A stretch of DNA of 64,000 nucleotides from a virus: positions 31,046-95,045 of IMG/VR virus record IMGVR_UViG_3300020213_000023, one strand, 5' to 3'. A model generated the notes under the pieces. That model did not search any database. It saw nothing but the letters and a program-made list of their open reading frames with translations, and was not told the origin of the DNA. Positions 29,839-40,200 of the stretch are shown in pieces; within the stretch, counting starts at the first letter, position 1; each line of letters starts with the position of its first letter. The position numbers and the translations under genes were made by a program.

Positions 29839-31085
29839 GCCTTAGCTTCGGCCTCGCCCTTCTTCTGGGACACCTGCATGTTGGACACCGCGGTGATGTA
29901 CGCGGGAAGCTGCGCGAGCACGCGGTTGAGGTCCTGCATGTACCTCGTCCCGTCTTGCACCGTCTTCGACTGCGCGAAGATTTCCCGGATGAAGACGATA
30001 TTGTTTTCCTCCGGCAGGTCGCTCATGAAGTTCGATAGTTGTGAAGCGTAGCTCTCGACCTTGCGCTTCGTGTTGACGAACATCTGCATCGCGACGTTGG
30101 AAGCCAGCGCGGTGATCTTGTCCTGCCGTGCGTCCGTCAGGAGCTTCTTGAACCGGTCCTGAACTGTCGATCCGGTGTGATAGCTGCCGAGCACTTCTTC
30201 TGGCGTGATGACGATGGTCGCGTCGACGATGAACTCCGCGAACACCTCGGCGGAGGTAGCTCCGATCGCGCCCGCAAAGGCCGCCCGTGCCTCAGACGAC
30301 GTCAACGGAACCCCCGCATCATCGAATGCAGCGCACAGCTTGGACACGGTGTCCCAGCTCGCAGGGCACGCGAATGCTTTTCCGGCTCGCGCAGCGTCGA
30401 GATCGTACAAGAGCAGCGGCTGTGCCTCGAGGTGCTCGATCACCTTGACGTGGAACTTGTCCTTAGCGAAACGCATGAAGTCTCCGTAAGACGCCGCCAC
30501 ACCTACAATGACCAGACGTCGCCGCATGGCGGGGTCCTTTTCGAACTCGTTCACCGACATGCCACCCCCGGTGGGGTTCATCGTGACGATGATTTGCACC
30601 TCGTCGGGGAGCGTCATGTCTCCGATGACGCGATCATCAAGCAGGGTGAAGGTAGCCCTGGACACATGCTTATCGACCGTACGATTCAGCTCCTCGATGG
30701 CAAGGATCGGGCAGCGCCCCTTGGGAATCTTCCCGTCCGGGTGACGAAGGCGCTCCGCCTCGATGTACTCGAAGAGGGGTTGAAATCGCCGAGGAATTCG
30801 ACGATCGTAGTAGTGTTTGGTATCCTCAGCCTTCGTCGGAACATGAAAGTCCTCGATCGACATCGTCGGCATGTGCAGCGCCACGTAGGGGACGTTGCGG
30901 TCGGCGGCAGCTTGCTTCGGGATGGCGGTCTTGCCGATGCCGGATGCGCCCATGGCGGCCAGGACGAGACGGCTTCCTGCCATCGACTCGATCAATTTGC
31001 GGAAAGTGCTGGTCGACACCATATGGATGTCAAGCTTCTCGGTGAAGGACTCACCCGCGGTCTCGGTCTTTACGGTGGACATCAA
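29835..31085 (-). CDS. MoxR-like AAA+ ATPase
   Basis: Walker A GASGIGKT, Walker B LAIEELNR, TMNP sensor, DPAMRRR, CPASW. Confidence 0.88.
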   Translation of the reverse strand: MMSTVKTETAGESFTEKLDIHMVSTSTFRKLIESMAGSRLVLAAMGASGIGKTAIPKQAAADRNVPYVALHMPTMSIEDFHVPTKAEDTKHYYDRRIPRRFQPLFEYIEAERLRHPDGKIPKGRCPILAIEELNRTVDKHVSRATFTLLDDRVIGDMTLPDEVQIIVTMNPTGGGMSVNEFEKDPAMRRRLVIVGVAASYGDFMRFAKDKFHVKVIEHLEAQPLLLYDLDAARAGKAFACPASWDTVSKLCAAFDDAGVPLTSSEARAAFAGAIGATSAEVFAEFIVDATIVITPEEVLGSYHTGSTVQDRFKKLLTDARQDKITALASNVAMQMFVNTKRKVESYASQLSNFMSDLPEENNIVFIREIFAQSKTVQDGTRYMQDLNRVLAQLPAYITAVSNMQVSQKKGEAEAKA

Positions 31086-31093
31086 ACGCTCCT

Positions 31094-32752
31094 GTGGTGG
31101 TTCTAGTGGCTCAGCACGAGGCTGAAGAATTGGTAGCCCTGCGTTCCGACTTGGCGCAGGCGCTTTTTCACGTAGAGGGAAAGCAGCTTTCCCTGTCGAA
31201 CTACCCGATGTATCTCGCGATCTATGACGGCCAGTTTCCCAAGATCCTGTTGAAGACGGGGCGGCAGGTCGCCAAATCTACAACGATCGCGTGCTTCATG
31301 ATCGCCGAAACGATCGGCGCTCCCCACTTCAAAACATACTACATTTCTCCTTCGCAAGAGCAAACGCGCAAGTTTTCACATACGCGTATTTCGAAGATTC
31401 TGGCATACAGCCCCGAGCTGCGTCGATACTTCGTCGGCCCCGAATCGATCGACAACGTTCTTTTGCGGATGCTGCGTAACGGGTCGGAAATGGCGTTTAC
31501 GTACGCTCTCGATGACCCCGACCGTGCACGCGGTTACTCCGCCGACCGCTGCGCTTTCGACGAGGTCCAGGACATTCTCTTCGAGCCGGTCATCCCGGTC
31601 ATCGAGGAGTGCATGAGTAACTCGAGCCACGCGTACTCGATGTACTGTGGCACGCCCAAGACAATGGAGAACACCATTGAATTCTTGTGGTCGCTGTCGT
31701 CACAAACCGAGTGGTGCATCAAATGCGATGCGTGCGGGACGTCAACGTTCATCGACAGCATCAAGGCGCTGGGCAAGTTCGGACCTATTTGCATCAAGCC
31801 GGGCTGCGGACGCCCTCTCAACCCGAGGCGCGGACGCTGGGTCGACATGAAGCCTTACGGACGCGGGGATGGAAACGCACGCATCAAGGGTTTTCACATT
31901 TCGCAACCTATGATGCCGGAAAACGTCCCTGCTGCGTGGAATCCTTCCGACCCTGAGTACGCCAAAGCGCTTGAACGCTGGGAACGCATCCTGTTCAAGA
32001 TGGAGAACTGGGGCGAGGTCAAATTTATGAATGAATCTCTCGGCGTTTCGACATCAACCGGTACTCGGCTCCTTACCAAGGAAATTCTCGAGTCGCTGTG
32101 TGACCCCAACTTGGTTATCACACGCTTGCCCGAGAAAAACTCGCTCCAGGGCGTCACGCGAACCGTCGCGGGAGTCGACTGGTCTGGCGGTGGTTCCGAG
32201 GTGAAAGGAACCGAAGGGCTCGTCAAGTCCCGCACGGTGCTCCACATCTGGGGTGACACCGGTGACGGACGCCTCAAGACCCTCTTCTACAAGATCTTCC
32301 CGAACGGCCATGCCACCGGATGGATCGACGAGATCGTCGAATTGTGCAACGCCTGGCAGGTCCAGATGGTCGCCGGTGACGCAGGGGAAGGAGCCCTCGC
32401 CAACTCGATGCTTCGTGAAAAGCTCGGTGCGCACCGCGTCATCCAAGTCCGGTACATGGCTCTCTCCAAGCCGGTTGAATGGAACCCCAACGCGCAGACG
32501 TATCACACAGACCGCACGACGCTGATCGACAACTTCGCTACGTTCTTGACCCATCGTCGTGCGATCTACGCGATGCTTCCTCAGATGCAGCCGGCCATCA
32601 CCGACATCCTCAACGTCTACGAGGAGGTCACCATGCAAGGTCGTAAGGTGTGGCGACACGCAGCAACGCAGCCTGACGACAACCTGCATGCGCAACTTTT
32701 TGGATGGTTCGCCTGGAAGCTGCTGAGTAGCGACCTGAAGTTCTACACCTAG
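31094..32752 (+). CDS. Terminase large subunit (GpA-like)
   Basis: GRQVAKST Walker A, FDEVQD Walker B, GTPKT, CxxC zinc ribbon, GVDW nuclease motif, PDD.LHA; start may be GTG 31106. Confidence 0.88.
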   Translation: MVVLVAQHEAEELVALRSDLAQALFHVEGKQLSLSNYPMYLAIYDGQFPKILLKTGRQVAKSTTIACFMIAETIGAPHFKTYYISPSQEQTRKFSHTRISKILAYSPELRRYFVGPESIDNVLLRMLRNGSEMAFTYALDDPDRARGYSADRCAFDEVQDILFEPVIPVIEECMSNSSHAYSMYCGTPKTMENTIEFLWSLSSQTEWCIKCDACGTSTFIDSIKALGKFGPICIKPGCGRPLNPRRGRWVDMKPYGRGDGNARIKGFHISQPMMPENVPAAWNPSDPEYAKALERWERILFKMENWGEVKFMNESLGVSTSTGTRLLTKEILESLCDPNLVITRLPEKNSLQGVTRTVAGVDWSGGGSEVKGTEGLVKSRTVLHIWGDTGDGRLKTLFYKIFPNGHATGWIDEIVELCNAWQVQMVAGDAGEGALANSMLREKLGAHRVIQVRYMALSKPVEWNPNAQTYHTDRTTLIDNFATFLTHRRAIYAMLPQMQPAITDILNVYEEVTMQGRKVWRHAATQPDDNLHAQLFGWFAWKLLSSDLKFYT

Positions 32753-33006
32753 CTGCGCGCAGGGCGGCCGTTGCCACCGCCGCTCATGCCAGCCGCGGTC
32801 GACATCGCTTCGTTGTACGCCTCCTTGGCCTTGGCGTTGTCGACGGTCGACTTGGCCAGCTCGGTCTGCGCGGTGAGCGCGTTGACCAGCTGCGTCTTGG
32901 TCGATGCCAGCTCGCTCTTGAGCGACTCGATGGTCTGCCCGTGGTGCGCGATGTCCTTGGTCAGGTTGGAGATCGTCGCGTCCGTCGCGGCCTTGGTGAT
33001 CGCCAC
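32749..33006 (-). CDS. Small coiled-coil protein
   Basis: GTG 33006 directly after the exonuclease stop; heptad pattern. Confidence 0.55.
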   Translation of the reverse strand: MAITKAATDATISNLTKDIAHHGQTIESLKSELASTKTQLVNALTAQTELAKSTVDNAKAKEAYNEAMSTAAGMSGGGNGRPARS

Positions 33007-33007
33007 C

Positions 33008-33604
33008 TCAGCTCGCCGGCTCAGCCTTTGGAAGCATCGGAACAATGGCCCCGTCGTAGATCTCCATCAGCTTGACGTAAACCCCTCTGCAGGTCCGAAC
33101 GTCCGAGAGCGCCTCGTGCGCATTGCCCGGATCAACACCGAAGTACTGCGCCAAGGTCCCCAACTTGAGATTGGGTACGAGCCCGTTGCGAAGCAGCGGC
33201 ATCGACAAGGCCACGGTGCAGTACTTGTGGTAGTCGCTCGCCCAGCGCATGAGCCGCTGCTGCATCGCGTACTCATAGAACCCCCAGTCGAACGGCGCGT
33301 TGTGCGCGGTGAAGATCGCGTTGCGCGACATCTGCGCCATCTTCTGCATGGGGAGGTCAAGTTCTACGGCCCCCTCAGCAGCCCACTTCTCCGCGGAGTA
33401 ACCATTGACCTCCGCTGCCTTGGGGTGCACCGGCTTCTTGGGGATCACCTTTGCGACGTACTCCTCAAGGACCTTGGAACCGGAAGGGTCGGTGCGGATG
33501 CACGCGACCTCGACCATGTCGGCGACGAATGGACTCAGTCCGCCGGTTTCGCAGTCGAAGAAGAACAGGTCGTATTCTCTGAAAGTTGCCGGACGTGAAT
33601 GCAT
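33008..33604 (-). CDS. DEDDh 3'-5' exonuclease (DnaQ-like)
   Basis: DCETGG, AHNAPFD, HEALSD. Confidence 0.92.
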   Translation of the reverse strand: MHSRPATFREYDLFFFDCETGGLSPFVADMVEVACIRTDPSGSKVLEEYVAKVIPKKPVHPKAAEVNGYSAEKWAAEGAVELDLPMQKMAQMSRNAIFTAHNAPFDWGFYEYAMQQRLMRWASDYHKYCTVALSMPLLRNGLVPNLKLGTLAQYFGVDPGNAHEALSDVRTCRGVYVKLMEIYDGAIVPMLPKAEPAS

Positions 33605-33652
33605 CGGTTGCTCTCTTGTTGTTTTACCAAATAAACGGGAGTTTTTGTTGAT

Positions 33653-34282
33653 TCAGACCTGGACGGACAGCGGGTGCGGTGGCTCGTAGTTCGGGTACTT
33701 CTCCTTGAGCCCAGGTACGCGTAGCTCGCAGGTCCACAGCTTCTCCTCGAGAACCGGGTAGTGGTCCTGCCAGTCGGCGACTGAGGCCTGACACCCGGGG
33801 CACGTGACAACGTCACTGTCGTCAGTTTCGCCCTCAACAGGGACGCTCGGCGACAGTTCGACGGCGTGCTCGTCGCCTTCGATCTTCGCGCGCATCACCA
33901 CCGGCTGCATCGCGTAGCCGCCCACGATGAAGTTTTCGAAGTAACCCTGGTAGCCCTTGATGATGATTTCAGGAGGTTCGTTGGTTCCGATGACCGACGA
34001 CAGGTAGAGGTCGAGATGGTGCTCGACAAACGCGATAGGCAGGAAGACTACGCTGCTCGGCGGCATGAACGTCACCATCGCAGGTGCGTACAACCGAACG
34101 GCGTCCAGCTTGGAACCAGCGGAGTTCGCAGCACGGTCGAAGTAGCCCATCATGGGTCCTCGAGGCGTTTGAAACATCAACAGGGGTTTTTTGCGGACGT
34201 CACCCCACGGCAGCTGCGACAGCTTCTCGTTCTTTGATTTCATCTTCATCCTCGCGTAGTTCGTTGATCGCTTCTTCATCAA
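33653..34282 (-). CDS. Hypothetical protein (start uncertain, perhaps 34177)
   Basis: Fills the gap between polA and the exonuclease; C-terminal CPGC. Confidence 0.55.
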   Translation of the reverse strand: MMKKRSTNYARMKMKSKNEKLSQLPWGDVRKKPLLMFQTPRGPMMGYFDRAANSAGSKLDAVRLYAPAMVTFMPPSSVVFLPIAFVEHHLDLYLSSVIGTNEPPEIIIKGYQGYFENFIVGGYAMQPVVMRAKIEGDEHAVELSPSVPVEGETDDSDVVTCPGCQASVADWQDHYPVLEEKLWTCELRVPGLKEKYPNYEPPHPLSVQV

Positions 34283-37199
34283 GCGTGTACAGCAGCGTCT
34301 CGTCTGGGGTCAGTTGCTTGAGCCCTGTTTTTTCAATGTAAGCTGCAATCGACATCTGCTCGCCGTAACTCGGGCCGACGCTGATATCACACGCGAACGA
34401 AACAGGGAGCCAGGGGTACTTCTCTGCGACTCGCTTGACGCAATAGTAATCCAAAAAGGCTTCCAGTTCATGCAGATGCTTCTTTTTACACGTCGCCACG
34501 ATTGAGTCGTGGACCGTGATAAGCAGGCGCCCGCCCATCTTGTGGATGTGTTCATCCAGTTCCACGAGCTGACCCAGCACGATGTCCGAAGACGTCGACT
34601 GGATCTTCATGTTCTTGCCGCGGCGCTCCGCTTGGCCGCGGAAGAAGCCGTTGACGCCCTGGAGCGGGAACCGACGGCGACGGTAGAACAACGTCTCGAC
34701 AAATCCCGTCATGTGGATCTGGGCGACCGTCGCGTCCATGTATCCCTTGAGCGACGGGAACCGGATGAACAGCTTGTCGATGACGTTCTGCGCTTCTTCT
34801 TCCGAGATGCCGGCGGTCTCGGCGATCTTCTTCGCCATGGCGCCGTAGAGGATGCCGAACACGACGCGCTTCACCGTCGTACGCAGCGCTTTCATCTTCT
34901 TGTCGGACTCCTTCTTGAGTTCGACCTCGTCGTACGGAATCCCGAAGATTTCCTGTGTGAACCAGCTGTGGACATCGAGACCTGCGTTGAGCGCCTCGAT
35001 CAACTGCGGGTCAGGCGCGTACGCCGTGAAGACACGGATCTCGGCACCTTTGTAGTCAAGGTTGACGATGACCTCTTCTTCACTGTCGTCGGGGATGAAG
35101 ATCTTTTTGATGTTGAACCCCGCCAACCACGGCGGGAGGTTCTGCATGTTCAGGTTGTTAGACGAGAGGCGGCCGGTCGACGTTCCGTGGAGATGGAAGT
35201 TCGTATGCAGCATGCCGTCGTACTCGGCAAGCAGCTTGATATCGTGTACGAACCCCGAGAGCGCCTTGTGTGCCGAACGGTACTCGAGCAACGTCTTGGT
35301 GAAGAGGCACCCGGTCTTTTCGGCAATCGCGCGCAGTGTTTTTTTGTCCGTCTTCCACTGCTCTGACTTCTTGTTTTGTTCGACCCACGGTCCCAATCGT
35401 GTTTCGGGATACCCAAGCTCTCCTGGTCGTCTTGGGTTAGGTGCGTCAGGGTTCCAAATTCCAGATACGTAAAGAACGTGCGCCACGTGTTGTGTGGAGT
35501 TGGGGTTGAACTCTTCATCGCGACGTTTGTTCGACGACACGTCCCAGAAGGACCGTAGAAACGAACCCTTCTCAGCGACGACCTTCGATAGCTCGGTCTC
35601 GAGAAACTCGAGGTAGGGCTTGTCAACCCTCATGCCCTTGAACTCCATCAACCCGAGCGAACGTGACCCAGGTACACAATGCGAGTTCATTAGGTTTTTG
35701 GCGGACATGAAGTTTTCAGACTTCATACGCATGAACTGGTTGCGTAGCAGCCGTCGAGTTAAGTCGGTATCGATAGCGGCGTATTGGAGCAAGATGTCGA
35801 TGTCGACGCGCTCGTAGCCTGAATCGAATGTTTGTTTCTTTCGATCTTTCTTCGCCCCGAACAGGTACTTCTCGAGATCGGCCTTACCCATCTCCGCGAC
35901 CATGCCCTCGTCGAACCCTTCCGTACCTTTCTTGATTTTTCCCTTCTTGCAGCCTGCAACCACCGAGTGGACGCTTTCCTCCTCGATTGTCAACGTTGTC
36001 GCGAGTTCATGGACCTTATCGGCGTAGTTCGCGAATTGAGGAAAGTAGCTACGTCCCAAGATCTTTAGGGAGTACGCGCCTGTCATGTCCTCACGCAGGA
36101 GATGCTCGCCGAGCATGGTATCCCACATGACGTTGTGAACTCTGAAACCATGCCGCAGCTCAAGGAACTTGAGATCGAACTTCGCGTTGTGAAAAACCTT
36201 AGGCTTGGGACAGGCGAGCACGCGTTGGACATGCGCGATAACCTGTTCGAGTTCTTCCGGAGTCCAAGGCGAGTCCTTGTGGTACAGGGGGATCGCTGTC
36301 GATCTGCCTATATCCCACGCGAACGAGATGCAGAGAACCTTGGCGTCTTCGCGGTGTGGGTTGACTGTATTGGTCTCAGTATCCACCGCGAGCGCGCACT
36401 GAGAGGCTTTGGCGCCCTCCGGTGCATCCTTCGTGACGTAGTCGATGATGAGGTCGCAGATGTCCTTGACCTCCTCGACCGTCCTGGGGATTTGGTACTC
36501 TTTCGTCAGTTCTTCGATCGTAATGTTGGACGCAGCGTCATCGATGCCAGCAGCGATGCGTACTGCCCGAACGAAGTCGTTGTAGAACAGGTTAAATAGG
36601 CCGGTCTTGGCCATCAAGTGTTTCGTCGAGAACGACGGAATGACCTTTACGTGGTGACCCGCGATCTCCATATCAAGAAGGCGCCCACGCGCCTCCATGA
36701 ACTTTTCGCCTTTGTAGCCGAGCGCCTTGAGAGCATTCGACCCCATCACCATGATGACTTTCGGGCGCTTGTTCTTGATAGCGCTCCGCAAGTACACCGA
36801 GCAACGGTCGATGACGGCCTTGGGCAACGTCGCAGATTGGTCCCGTCCTTCCTCGACCTGACACTGGACTGCGTAAGTATCCCACTTGCGCATGTTCTTC
36901 ATGCGCAGCTGACCTCCCGACTTCTCGTCGAGAATTCTCAGGTCTTTCCAGGTCTGGCGGATGATTCGACCTCCGCGTCCGTAGAACACTTCCTTGTTGT
37001 TCACGGACCAGGAGGACGGGGACTCGGACACGAACATGATGTCGACTTCGCCGGGAGCGCCCGCGCCCGCGACACGTCCCTTGCGCTCCAGCGCACAACC
37101 TGCGCAGGCCATTCCCTTCTGTCCCGCGATCTGGCAGTCCGGCGAGAAGGCCTCGTCGTTTACGTCGAACAACGGCAGCTGTACTTTTTTGCCTGCCAT
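34200..37199 (-). CDS. polA: Family A DNA polymerase with N-terminal UDG-like domain and 3'-5' exonuclease
   Basis: DTET, HNAKFD, YAAID; TGRLSS, NMQN, DYKGAEIR, KRVVFGILYG, VHDS; N-terminal UDG family 4-like fold. Confidence 0.93.
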   Translation of the reverse strand: MAGKKVQLPLFDVNDEAFSPDCQIAGQKGMACAGCALERKGRVAGAGAPGEVDIMFVSESPSSWSVNNKEVFYGRGGRIIRQTWKDLRILDEKSGGQLRMKNMRKWDTYAVQCQVEEGRDQSATLPKAVIDRCSVYLRSAIKNKRPKVIMVMGSNALKALGYKGEKFMEARGRLLDMEIAGHHVKVIPSFSTKHLMAKTGLFNLFYNDFVRAVRIAAGIDDAASNITIEELTKEYQIPRTVEEVKDICDLIIDYVTKDAPEGAKASQCALAVDTETNTVNPHREDAKVLCISFAWDIGRSTAIPLYHKDSPWTPEELEQVIAHVQRVLACPKPKVFHNAKFDLKFLELRHGFRVHNVMWDTMLGEHLLREDMTGAYSLKILGRSYFPQFANYADKVHELATTLTIEEESVHSVVAGCKKGKIKKGTEGFDEGMVAEMGKADLEKYLFGAKKDRKKQTFDSGYERVDIDILLQYAAIDTDLTRRLLRNQFMRMKSENFMSAKNLMNSHCVPGSRSLGLMEFKGMRVDKPYLEFLETELSKVVAEKGSFLRSFWDVSSNKRRDEEFNPNSTQHVAHVLYVSGIWNPDAPNPRRPGELGYPETRLGPWVEQNKKSEQWKTDKKTLRAIAEKTGCLFTKTLLEYRSAHKALSGFVHDIKLLAEYDGMLHTNFHLHGTSTGRLSSNNLNMQNLPPWLAGFNIKKIFIPDDSEEEVIVNLDYKGAEIRVFTAYAPDPQLIEALNAGLDVHSWFTQEIFGIPYDEVELKKESDKKMKALRTTVKRVVFGILYGAMAKKIAETAGISEEEAQNVIDKLFIRFPSLKGYMDATVAQIHMTGFVETLFYRRRRFPLQGVNGFFRGQAERRGKNMKIQSTSSDIVLGQLVELDEHIHKMGGRLLITVHDSIVATCKKKHLHELEAFLDYYCVKRVAEKYPWLPVSFACDISVGPSYGEQMSIAAYIEKTGLKQLTPDETLLYTLDEEAINELREDEDEIKEREAVAAAVG

Positions 37200-37207
37200 G
37201 ATTCGCT

Positions 37208-40200
37208 CTAAACGATCATACCATCGACTGATTCGGGCTTGTCGCCCGTTTGCGCAGACCCACCCGGAAGAAGAGCGATCGGGGCCGCGACGGCAGTTTC
37301 TCTGTTTTTGCGTACTTCATCGAGGACGTGCTTGACGTTGAACACACTGATCAACGCGAGAGACTGGCAAGGCCCCATCGTATCAACGAGACGTTCGAGT
37401 ACCTTGTTTTGCTTCACAAGTTCATTTTCGACATGAAACGGAGACCGCTCACTGACCTGTTTGAGAAAGGTGGGCGTCTCGTTCTTGTACTTGGTGTTGG
37501 CCAATACGCCCTGAGTGGCCTCGATCCAGTTGACCACGAGCCACTCCATTTGTTTGTCGAGGTAGACACCCTTCTTTGTTTTGTTGATGTCGTCCAGTTT
37601 GTTAATGTCCCCCAGCATCGAACGGATGGTCGTTACGTTGGAAATGCGCTCATCTGAATTAATGATCTGAATGCCCGAGCTGAGGATCGACTCGAATATT
37701 TGCTCGTTCTCCGACGTAGTCTTGAGGCGCGCAAGTTGGTCCTTACGGCTATCCGCAAAGTCGTAGCCAAACTGCTGACACTGTGGAATGGCAGGATTGC
37801 GCTTTCCGTGCCGCCGCTCGCAGTCTTCTTCGATCAGACGGATCATCACCATCGCGGGGTAGAGCGCCTCCCGAAACCGCGCCGATACGTGACTCGGCAT
37901 CATGCCGTTGCCCGAGTACTCGTTTTCTATCGTCGACTGAATACGTCGAATGGCCGGCATGTGTCGCATCAAACCAACGGCCAGTTCGTGTCGCGTGTTC
38001 TTGATGCCTGATTCACCGAATTGTTTAAGGAGCGAGACGACCGGATCAATCCGAGTATCGTCTTTCACGAGTTCGAAGCTGACGAAACGAGAGAGTGATG
38101 CTGCGTCGCGCAGAGGACGAATCGCGCACGTCACCAAAGGAAACCGGAGGTGGTAAGTCCGACTTTCACCGCTCGTCGTACCGATCGACCAGCTCACCGC
38201 GTTCTCCGAAATGAGGTCGCGACACAGCTCCAATACCTTGCGCACTGCCAAGGACTTGGCGTCGTTGGTGCCATAGTCCTCGAACTCTTCGAGACATAGC
38301 GTCAACGAACTGTTGTTTCGCTGCTGCCTGATAGAGGCTGCGGTATATCCCTGCATCGCGAGTGCATGCGCCACGATGTTAATACTAGAAAAGCCTGTTC
38401 CCCCGATGAGCCCTGACGTGATGCGGCTTTTGCCTGAGGCGTGCTCGCCGTTGAACATGATCGCAGTCTGCCGGGTGAACACGGCCATCACAGGTAGACA
38501 CATGATGTAGAGCGCAAGGAACGTGCAATCGAGAGCCTGATACTTGAATGACCACGAGCCTTCGAGCATGGCGCGAATACGTAGATACAGCTCGGTCAGG
38601 TCGATGTCAGCTTCCTCGATTTGATCCGCTTTCTTTACGGAGTGAAGCCACGCTTCGCCGTTGTTGTCGAAAATGATTCCCCGGTCGCTAGGTCCATCAA
38701 GTAGGCGAACCTCGAACTTCGATTCCTCTCCGTGCACAAGATGAAAAACGTCGCGCCCGTTGACCATGTACGAGTGCATCTCACCGTCGCCTGACGTGAT
38801 GTAGTGGAGGCCCTGCCCCTTGGTCGGAGCGTTATCCATCGACGGCAGCCCTTGTGCCAGCTTGAGCAACGCAAAGTTGAGGTACTCGCGGTACTTCTTC
38901 ACCCGCACGGTGATTGCGAAGAGCGAGTCTTCGCCCTCGAGCGACATGAAGGCGGGGTCACCGATCTTGTCGCGGATGAACTCGTAGAGAGCGCCGAAGT
39001 AACGAGCGAACACGGTCTCGATGGACTTCTCGTCGTTGAGCACGATCGTGTCCATTTGCCTCAGCGCTTTGATCCAAATCACCAAAAGACGTTTCCGACC
39101 TTCGGCGTGCTGAATGCCGATGAAGTGGATGTGCTCTTTTAGGATGTCGCAGGTGCGTTCGATGAACGCTTCTTCGTCCTCGTCCTTGGCCCGGATTTCA
39201 CGGAACAAGATCGACTTGTCGAGGCCGAAGTGCTTCTCGATGATGTCGCAGAAGGTGTTGCACTCCTGCGCGCCGCGAAGGAGCTTGCCCCACTCGGTGG
39301 CAACGCGGTTTCGCTGCCTGACGTCATCCGCATCGACACGAGTGATCTCACGTGACGCTTGATCGAAGCACCACTCGTGGAGGTGCCAGTAGCAATCGGG
39401 GGTGTTGACGTAACGCGCCCAACGCGGGTAGCCAACACAAGCAATGGCTTCGTCGGGGTCCTTGATCCGTTTATCCGGGTTGGTCGGATCACGCCACTGA
39501 ACGTATTCGTCGGGCCAGTTGAACGCCGTGATCGTGATCTTGTCCGTCGTCGTTTTATCAGCACACTTCTGCACGATGTTGTCGCCGCCACGGTCACGGT
39601 CTTGGAGGATACGCGCCTTGGTGATGCCGTAATTAACGAGCGGATCGAGCGACTGCACGGAGGCGCCGCCTAGCGAGAACGCGATGAACTCGTCGGACTG
39701 ACGGCGGACCTGCTGCGCGATGCACGCCAACGTGTCGAACTCGCCTTCCGTCAGGCACACCGTGTCTGCGTAACTCTTGCCCTCGATCGATTGAACACCG
39801 AGCATCGTGCGGTAGTAGTGCAGCCCGTAGAAACCACGGAAACCCTTCATCTCCGCCTCGTAGGCATCGTCGACGAAGAACATCTCCTTCTTGTCACGGG
39901 AGGGGCAGCGCAACTTGAACCGGCATACCGAGTCTGGCTCGTCGTGTAGAGGGAATACCAAAAAGCCGGGGAACTTCGCGTCCTGGGTGAATGCTGCGAA
40001 GTAGCTCTGAAAGAACTTGGATTCCTCGGAATCCATGCCGAACTTTCCCGCAACCGCGGCGATGGGAGGAAGCACGCCAAGGAGTTGATTCGATGTGATT
40101 ACATGCCAGATGCCGTGCGGATCGGCCTTCACGCCGGTTCCGGTATCCTCGTCCTCTGCTTCATGTGCAGGACGTGCCTCGTTCGGCGCGTAGCCGCCCA

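Noticed and set aside
31091-31108. CC-TGTGGT as a leaderless promoter for the terminase
   Set aside because: Lacks the conserved A of TAnnnT and the spacing is 7 nt; too weak to call
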